DNA of 64,000 nt. It comes from Bdellovibrionales bacterium (GTDB taxonomy: Bacteria; Bdellovibrionota; Bdellovibrionia; Bdellovibrionales; JAUICD01). The stretch covers positions 32,001 to 96,000 of the forward strand of contig CBDANC010000012.1 in assembly GCA_965197425.1 (NCBI GenBank). Direction: 5' to 3'. Of this stretch, positions 57,690 to 64,000 are shown in pieces. Positions within the stretch are counted from its first letter, which is position 1. Every line of letters begins with the position of its first letter. The translations under genes and the position numbers were made by a program. A model generated the notes under the pieces. It ran no database searches. It was given only the letters and a program-made list of their open reading frames with translations, and was not told the DNA's origin.

Positions 57690-58959
57690 CTTGAAACCTT
57701 TCTACTTTTGATCTGCCATTGTTTATGTAATATTCAAATTCATCTCTAAATTTTGTGATAAAACCTACCGTGGGCCAAGCCGCTGAATCAGATAGAGCAC
57801 AAATTGTTCTAGCTTCCATGTTATCAGATATCTGTTTCATCAATGATATATCCTGCATTCTGCCCCTACCATCCATAATGCTATCTACAACTCTTTCAAG
57901 CCAGCCAGTTCCCTCCCTGCAAGGAGTACACTGACCACAAGACTCATGTGCATAAAAATGTAAGGTTACTTTTAACATATCTACCATACACCTAGTTTCA
58001 TCTAAGATTATAACAGCTCCAGACCCTAACATAGAACCCATACCACTTAAACACTCATAGTCCATGGTAGCCTTCTTACATTCATCATAAGTTAAAATAG
58101 GAGCAGAAGAACCACCAGGAATACAACCCTTGAGCTTACCACCATTCAACATACCACCACATTCTTTATTTATAAGATCCATTAATGGATAACCTAATTC
58201 AACCTCATAAGTACCAGGTTTATTGATATCTCCACTAACACTAAAAAGTTTAGTGCCTGAAGATTTTGGGGTGCCATATTTCAAATATGCATCAGCTCCA
58301 TCCCTTATGATATACTTAACAGCAGCTAAGGTTTCTACATTATTAACAATTGTAGGCTTATTCAAATACCCTCTTACAGCAGGAAAAGGTGGTTTTAACT
58401 TAGGGTGACCTTTCTTTCCCTCGAGCGATGAAATCATCCCTGTCTCTTCACCACATATGTAAGCTCCAGCACCCCGATAAATATCCAACTCAACATCAAA
58501 ACCACTTTTTAAAATGTTTTTACCCAGATAACCAGAACCTCTAGCCTCATCTAAAGCACTCAACAAAATATTATAAGCGTCCACATACTCACCACGAACG
58601 TAAATATAACCTTTTTTGGAGTTTGTGGCATAAGCAGAAATAACCATACCCTCTATAAGTTGATGAGGAGCACGCTCCATCATTAAACGATCTTTGAAAG
58701 TACCGGGCTCACCTTCATCTGCATTACACAGTAAAAAACGATCTTCTCCATTATCAGGAAGAAAACCCCACTTAACACCAGTAGGAAAACCAGCTCCACC
58801 TCTACCTCTAAGACCAGACTTTTTGACTTCATCTATAATCTTAGAGGGTTTCATTTTAAAAGCCTTCTTTAAAACTTCATAACCACCCAGAGACTTATAA
58901 CCTTCTAAGGTTTTAAATTCGTCTTTTTCATAATGCTCAGTTAATAATTTTGTTTCCAT
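57682..58959 (-). CDS. nuoF: NADH-quinone oxidoreductase subunit F
   Basis: GRGGAGF, NADEGEPG, GAGAYICGEET, ESCGQCTPCREG. Confidence 0.97.
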   Translation of the reverse strand: METKLLTEHYEKDEFKTLEGYKSLGGYEVLKKAFKMKPSKIIDEVKKSGLRGRGGAGFPTGVKWGFLPDNGEDRFLLCNADEGEPGTFKDRLMMERAPHQLIEGMVISAYATNSKKGYIYVRGEYVDAYNILLSALDEARGSGYLGKNILKSGFDVELDIYRGAGAYICGEETGMISSLEGKKGHPKLKPPFPAVRGYLNKPTIVNNVETLAAVKYIIRDGADAYLKYGTPKSSGTKLFSVSGDINKPGTYEVELGYPLMDLINKECGGMLNGGKLKGCIPGGSSAPILTYDECKKATMDYECLSGMGSMLGSGAVIILDETRCMVDMLKVTLHFYAHESCGQCTPCREGTGWLERVVDSIMDGRGRMQDISLMKQISDNMEARTICALSDSAAWPTVGFITKFRDEFEYYINNGRSKVERFQDV

Positions 58960-59032
58960 GTCTTATATCTTTATATTTTTGCTTTCTAAAAAAGAAAGTT
59001 TATAACCACATTTTTTTATTTAAGTTAAAAAT

Positions 59033-59506
59033 CTACCTTAACTTTCTTAAAAGATTTTTTGCCTTTTCAAAATTCATTTTATCATAGTATTTTTCGTTAA
59101 TCTGAACCGCTGGGGCATTATCACACGACCCCAAACACTCTACCCTTGTTACTGTAAATCTTCCATCTAGAGTTTTTTCTCCCTCTTTTACTTCAAGCTC
59201 CGAGCATAATTTTTCTGTTAATTCTCTAGCCTGAAACATTGAACAAGTAAGGTTACAGCAAACCTGGATATGATATTTACCCACGGGCTTTTTGTTAAAC
59301 ATAGTATAGAACTCTAATACCTCATTTACATGAGCCTCAGGTATATCCATAAGTTCACTTAAACACTCGACAGCCTCTTGGCTTATCCAACCGTTATTTT
59401 CCTCTTGAACTTTGTAAAGACAAGGAATTATAGCTGAATACTTATCCTCATAACGTTTAAGTTCTGCTTTAACAAATTTTTTTGCTCCTTCCGATAGCTC
59501 AAACAT
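59033..59506 (-). CDS. nuoE: NADH-quinone oxidoreductase subunit E
   Basis: FYTMF, VCCNLTC, ECLGSC. Confidence 0.96.
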   Translation of the reverse strand: MFELSEGAKKFVKAELKRYEDKYSAIIPCLYKVQEENNGWISQEAVECLSELMDIPEAHVNEVLEFYTMFNKKPVGKYHIQVCCNLTCSMFQARELTEKLCSELEVKEGEKTLDGRFTVTRVECLGSCDNAPAVQINEKYYDKMNFEKAKNLLRKLR

Positions 59507-61167
59507 TATCTGTCCAACTCCCCTGCTATAACATTCATACTACCCAATATTGCTATTACATCGGACAATAACCCCTTTTCAATAGATGGTACAAAGGACT
59601 GATAAATTGCAAAACAAGGTGGTCTTACTTTTAATCTATAAGGCTTAGGACCACCATCTGATACAAGATAAAACCCAAGCTCACCATTTGCAGCCTCAGT
59701 ATAATCATATATTTCACCAGCTTTTGGTCTTAAGCCCTTTATAACCAGCATAAAGTGATTCATAAGTCCTTCTATGTTTCCGTACACATCCTTTTTTTCA
59801 GGTAAAACAATGTCTTTATCTCTGATGGTGTAATCTCCGCTTGGAATATTGTTTGCCACCTGTTCTACTATCGACAGAGATTGCCTCATCTCCTCCAGCC
59901 TAACCATATACCTATCGTAAACATCACCATTTTCACCAACCGGTATCTCAAAGTCTAATTCGTCGTAGCAGTAATAAGGTGAAACTTTTCTTAAGTCCAA
60001 AGCAAGTCCAGATGCCCTTAAACAAGGGCCTGTAAACCCATAAGCAATTGCATCTTCCAATGAAGTTGATCCAACACCCTTTGTACGCTCAATCCAAATC
60101 TTGTTTTTAGATAAAAGCTTATCTATCTGTTCCACACCCTCTTTCATTTTTTCTACTGTTTTTAAAACATCTTTAAACCAACCAATGGGAGGTTCATTTG
60201 CCATCCCCCCAACTCTTGTCATTGATACAGTCAGCCTTGCTCCACACAGTTTTTCAAAGAGAGAATAAACTCTCTCTCTCATATCAAAAAGATAAAAGAA
60301 ACTAGTTAAAGCACCTAAGTCCACAGACATAGCTCCAATACAAACAATGTGATCAATAACACGACTTAACTCACACAGTATGACCCTTATAGCCTGTGCT
60401 TTCTGAGGAACTTCTACATCCAACATTTTTTCTACTGTTTTACAAAAACCTACATTGTTCATTGGAGCAGAACAGTAATTAAGCCTGTCTGTATAAGGAA
60501 TTACTTGGTTGTAATGATGAGTCTCTGCCATTTTTTCAAAACATCTATGCAAAAAACCAATTTCAACATTAGCTCTGTTAACTGTCTCCCCGTCTAACTC
60601 CGCCATAATTCTAAGGGTGCCATGAGTGGCTGGGTGCGATGGACCAATATTTATTGGAACCAGGTTTTTGTCTTCTTCATTTGTACTGACAGTAGGATAA
60701 TCAGCCTCTTGAATACTACTACAACTTTGCTGATGATGAGATACATAGTCTTTTCGCAAAGGATGGCCTTTAAACTCATGATGGGTTAATATTCTTCTTA
60801 GATATGGATGATTTTTAAAGTTTATCCCAAACATATCAAAGGCTTCTCGCTCAAACCAATTAGCGCCTTTAAAAACTCCAGTTACTGACTCTATACTATC
60901 AGACTCACCAACCTTAGTTTTTACACGAAGCCTTTTAAAGGTTTCAGACGAAAACAAATGATATACAACATCAAATCTTTTTTCCCTTTTAGGGTAATCC
61001 ACCCCACAAACATCCATCAAAAAATTAAATTTACCTTCATTTTTTAGATGCTCTAAAACAGGTTTTATTTCTTCTTTAGGTACGGTCAGTACTTCAGAGT
61101 CTGGCTCTTTAGCCCCAGTAAAATTTGATACATCAAATTTGTCTTTTAAAAATTCAATGGTAGTCAT
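59506..61167 (-). CDS. nuoCD: NADH-quinone oxidoreductase fused subunit C/D
   Basis: WFEREAFDMFG, GHPLRKDY, GPSHPATHG, C-terminal GELDR. Confidence 0.96.
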   Translation of the reverse strand: MTTIEFLKDKFDVSNFTGAKEPDSEVLTVPKEEIKPVLEHLKNEGKFNFLMDVCGVDYPKREKRFDVVYHLFSSETFKRLRVKTKVGESDSIESVTGVFKGANWFEREAFDMFGINFKNHPYLRRILTHHEFKGHPLRKDYVSHHQQSCSSIQEADYPTVSTNEEDKNLVPINIGPSHPATHGTLRIMAELDGETVNRANVEIGFLHRCFEKMAETHHYNQVIPYTDRLNYCSAPMNNVGFCKTVEKMLDVEVPQKAQAIRVILCELSRVIDHIVCIGAMSVDLGALTSFFYLFDMRERVYSLFEKLCGARLTVSMTRVGGMANEPPIGWFKDVLKTVEKMKEGVEQIDKLLSKNKIWIERTKGVGSTSLEDAIAYGFTGPCLRASGLALDLRKVSPYYCYDELDFEIPVGENGDVYDRYMVRLEEMRQSLSIVEQVANNIPSGDYTIRDKDIVLPEKKDVYGNIEGLMNHFMLVIKGLRPKAGEIYDYTEAANGELGFYLVSDGGPKPYRLKVRPPCFAIYQSFVPSIEKGLLSDVIAILGSMNVIAGELDR

Positions 61168-61745
61168 TAGTTAGCAACTTTTCTAGGTTTCCAGTTATCT
61201 TTCCAAGGCCTTGGTTGTTTGTTCTCGATCATTTTTTGGATAACCATAACACCATCCAAAACCGCCTCAGGTGTTGGAGGACATCCTGGTACATATACAT
61301 CAACTGGAATAATTTTATCTATACCCTGTAACACATGGTATGCTCTATAAAAACCACCAGAACTTGCACACGCACCCATTGACAAAACATATTTTGGCTC
61401 TAACATTTGTTGATAAATATTTAAAAGCACGGGGGCCATTTTTTCTGTAATAGTACCAGCAACAATCAATAAATCCGACTGACGTGGCGAAAATCTAACA
61501 ACCTCAGCACCAAACCTAGCTAAATCATACTTAGGCCCCATAACACTCATAAGCTCAATACCACAACAGGCCGTACCAAATGGCAGGGGCCAAAGCGAAT
61601 TTTTTCTACCCCAACCAACAATTTTATCCAATTGCGTGGTCATGTAGGAGTCTAAAAAACCATATTTGTTAGCTTCTACATCCGATATTTTAATATCTTG
61701 CTCTTTTGATAGCTTTTTTAGTTTTATATCTTTTGATTTAGCCAT
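61167..61745 (-). CDS. nuoB: NADH-quinone oxidoreductase subunit B
   Basis: [32 protein letters not shown]. Confidence 0.97.
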   Translation of the reverse strand: MAKSKDIKLKKLSKEQDIKISDVEANKYGFLDSYMTTQLDKIVGWGRKNSLWPLPFGTACCGIELMSVMGPKYDLARFGAEVVRFSPRQSDLLIVAGTITEKMAPVLLNIYQQMLEPKYVLSMGACASSGGFYRAYHVLQGIDKIIPVDVYVPGCPPTPEAVLDGVMVIQKMIENKQPRPWKDNWKPRKVAN

Positions 61746-61867
61746 ATCAGTTTACTATACACTCACAAAATAGGGATAACAACCACAAAAACTATCAAGG
61801 GAAACGCAAAATAGCAAACTAATAGCAATTGGATCAGCTGCGAGTTCTATCAGGAACTTGAGTTGCT

Positions 61868-62039
61868 GGATCAGAATCGTGTCCAAAGCTGAACAACCTC
61901 TCAGATAAAAAACCGGCTGCAAAGGAGGTTCATCCAATTGGATAATATAAAGATTTATCCCGTAAGCCAATTGAACCAAAGTGAACAAGTCCACTACGAG
62001 TGGAGTATCCACTTGTTTTAGCCTCGTTTGGAAGACCTT
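61868..62039 (-). repeat. Modular hairpin element carrying an 18-bp micro-insertion
   Basis: GGATCAGAATCGTGTCCAAAGCTG...CCTCGTTTGGAAGACCTT; the CAAGTCCACTTG cassette is interrupted by ACGAGTGGAGTATCCACT. Confidence 0.88.
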
Positions 62040-62045
62040 TAGTTG

Positions 62046-62357
62046 TTATTTTACTTTGTTAATACATGGTGTAGTTCGATAAATTGAGTTTGAGTTTTTA
62101 TACTCATCTTCATCCAAAATTCTTTGTGAAAGTGCATGAAGTCCGTTGGCAAATTCTTCCCTAAGTTCATTCGTCACTTCTCTTTGCCTCTGAACTTTGG
62201 TTTTGCCTAAAAAATAATTACTAACCAAAAGTAGCTTAAAATGAGTACCAGACCCAAGACCATCTCCATGCATGCTACTTTGATCCTCTAGCTCTAACAC
62301 AATTGGATTAAATTTTTTTAATTTTTGTACTATTTTTTTATAAACCGTATCGCTCAT
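62046..62357 (-). CDS. bolA: BolA family protein
   Basis: DQSSMH, THFKL, GLHALS. Confidence 0.9.
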   Translation of the reverse strand: MSDTVYKKIVQKLKKFNPIVLELEDQSSMHGDGLGSGTHFKLLLVSNYFLGKTKVQRQREVTNELREEFANGLHALSQRILDEDEYKNSNSIYRTTPCINKVK

Positions 62358-62412
62358 TTTAAACTTTCAATTATGTTTGATTAACATGATCTAACTTGTA
62401 TGTTACTTGCGA

Positions 62413-62631
62413 TTACTTGTGCCGATACATGATAAGACCATGAGTTGGGTCATAAGGTGAAACTCCAACAGTAACTTTATCTCCAACAACAACTCTGATG
62501 TTGAATCGTCTCATTTTACCACATAATTTAACACTCACCTCTACATCGTTATCCAATTTAACTTTATAAATTCCGCCCACTCCAGCATCCACAACCTTAC
62601 CTTCAATTTGTGCTAAATCATCTCTTGCCAA
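62413..62631 (-). CDS. infA: Translation initiation factor IF-1
   Basis: GKMRRFNIRVVVGDKVTV...SPYD; TTG start with GGAGG RBS. Confidence 0.95.
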   Translation of the reverse strand: MARDDLAQIEGKVVDAGVGGIYKVKLDNDVEVSVKLCGKMRRFNIRVVVGDKVTVGVSPYDPTHGLIMYRHK

Positions 62632-62742
62632 CTAAACCCTCCAAAGAGAAATTTCGAAAATTACTAAAAACTCTGACAAATAAAAACTATACAAAAGTAG
62701 TCTGATAAAACTTTCTCGGTATGTCAAACCTCTTTTTAATTA

Positions 62743-62825
62743 AAGGTGAGCTTAATGATAGCAAAAAGCGAACTTGTTTGCTTTTTGCTGAATGACTCTT
62801 TTCCCGTCACTTAAGGTGAGTCAGT
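62743..62825 (+). repeat. Minimal GAGC-type hairpin element plus the start of another
   Basis: AAGGTGAGCTTAATGA-TAGCAAAAAGC...GCTTTTTGCTG-AATGACTC...CCCGTCACTTAAGGTGAG. Confidence 0.8.
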
Positions 62826-62943
62826 TTTTGGAAGTGGCAGATATACTCTACGGTTTTGTAGAATCTTTAGTACCATGGCTTTTATGTGCTTGTGTTTTAT
62901 ATGCTTGTACTTTACATCAAAGTGGATAATATAGACCCTTTGT

Positions 62944-63020
62944 GGGGTGGTAGTTAAGTTGGTTATAACGCCGGCCTGTCACGTCGGAGGCCGCGGGTTC
63001 GAGTCCCGTCCACCCCGCCA
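62944..63020 (+). tRNA. tRNA-Asp(GTC)
   Basis: GGGGTGGTAGTTAAGTTGGTTATAACGCCGGCCTGTCACGTCGGAGGCCGCGGGTTCGAGTCCCGTCCACCCCGCCA. Confidence 0.97.
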
Positions 63021-63073
63021 CTTAAGTAATATTTTAAAAATAATTAAATAAAAAACCTTTATGATTTTTAAGA

Positions 63074-63149
63074 TGGAGCTGGTGATAGGAATCGAACCTA
63101 CAACCTGCTGATTACAAATCAGCTGCTCTGCCAATTGAGCTACACCAGC
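63074..63149 (-). tRNA. tRNA-Thr(TGT)
   Basis: Reverse complement GCTGGTGTAGCTCAATTGGCAGAGCAGCTGATTTGTAATCAGCAGGTTGTAGGTTCGATTCCTATCACCAGCTCCA. Confidence 0.97.
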
Positions 63150-63192
63150 ACTGCTTAACGCATGACGATCTTTTGTACTAAAATTCATAAGT

Positions 63193-63918
63193 TCAAGTCA
63201 ACTGCCTATTTATCTCAGCTAAACCAATAGCAAGACTAACAGATGCATTGAACGAAGCATAAGAATTTATCTGCGGTATCTGTATAATTTGATCACTTTT
63301 TTTCAAAACACCAGACCTTATACCCTTACCTTCAGAACCAACCACCAAAGCAACCTTTTTATCAAAATTAACATCCCACAATGACATACAATCTGTTTTA
63401 TTATCAAATGCATATACCCAAAACCCACAATCTTTTAACTTTAATATCTCTTGCCCAATATTAGACACCCTACAAACCGGAACATGCGTAGCACCACCAC
63501 TTGCAACCTTGTAAACCACAGAAGTTAAAGAACTGGAACCATCCTTTGGCACAATAATACCATCGACACCAAATAACCAAGATGTTCTTAAAATAGAACC
63601 TAAGTTTTGTGGATCTGTTATGCCATCCAAAATTACAACTTTTGCACTTTCCTTAGAATAAATTTTTCTATCATTAAACTCTAAATGAGTTTTTATAAAA
63701 AGAATAACTCCGTCAGTATCTGAATTTATCTTATTTAAACTAGAAGAAGCCACATACTCTATGGGTATCTTATTTAATAAAATCTTTTTTTGAATATCCA
63801 ATAACCTAGGTTTGCTCTTGTAATCTGAACTAAGCTTACACAAAATTATATTTTCAGGATATACACTTAAAGCTTCAAAAGCTGCATGCACTCCAACTAT
63901 TATCTTTTTATCTTTCAA
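63193..63918 (-). CDS. rlmB: SpoU-family RNA 2'-O-methyltransferase (RlmB-like)
   Basis: LDGITDPQNLGSILRT, VGSEGKG, SFNASVS. Confidence 0.88.
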   Translation of the reverse strand: MKDKKIIVGVHAAFEALSVYPENIILCKLSSDYKSKPRLLDIQKKILLNKIPIEYVASSSLNKINSDTDGVILFIKTHLEFNDRKIYSKESAKVVILDGITDPQNLGSILRTSWLFGVDGIIVPKDGSSSLTSVVYKVASGGATHVPVCRVSNIGQEILKLKDCGFWVYAFDNKTDCMSLWDVNFDKKVALVVGSEGKGIRSGVLKKSDQIIQIPQINSYASFNASVSLAIGLAEINRQLT

Positions 63919-63927
63919 AAAACACCT

Positions 63928-64000
63928 TCAGCCTATAGAAGATAAAATCTCTAAAACAGTTTTTTTAGGATCATCACTTTTTAAAATAGCTCTACCCATA
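63928..64000 (-). CDS. pyrF: C-terminal fragment, probably orotidine-5'-phosphate decarboxylase
   Basis: MGRAILKSDDPKKTVLEILSSIG* resembles the GR-x-I...DP phosphate-binding tail of PyrF; only 23 residues visible. Confidence 0.5.
   Translation of the reverse strand, partial: MGRAILKSDDPKKTVLEILSSIG

Overview
An AT-rich bacterial chromosome segment, inferred to be Bdellovibrionota. That inference rests on the split nuoB-CD-E-F-G-I cluster, the (Y/F)QNC-type lipoprotein signals, the dimeric GlyRS, CarD and the Flp/Tad-like pilins. Most of it is housekeeping: gcvTH, folD, folC, fadD, trxA, speE/speD, sod, rsmI, carD, gltX, cysS, uvrBC, smc, glyQS, mrp, two lytic transglycosylases, nuo genes, bolA, infA, rlmB and four tRNAs. 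Three things stand out. (1) A dispersed family of modular hairpin elements, about 25 units at 14 intergenic loci. They have conserved ends, covarying base stems and interchangeable apical cassettes, and occur singly, in tandem, head-to-head and nested. (2) An 18-bp micro-hairpin unit found inside one of these elements and in frame inside surface-protein genes. (3) A surface-protein locus at 41-53 kb where shared cysteine-rich modules sit behind either a giant type IV prepilin N-terminus (with a poly-C tract in its leader) or YQNC lipoprotein signals, next to a multidomain metzincin-like protease. No transposase, integrase, reverse transcriptase or Cas gene was seen. All product calls are from motif recognition, not database searches.
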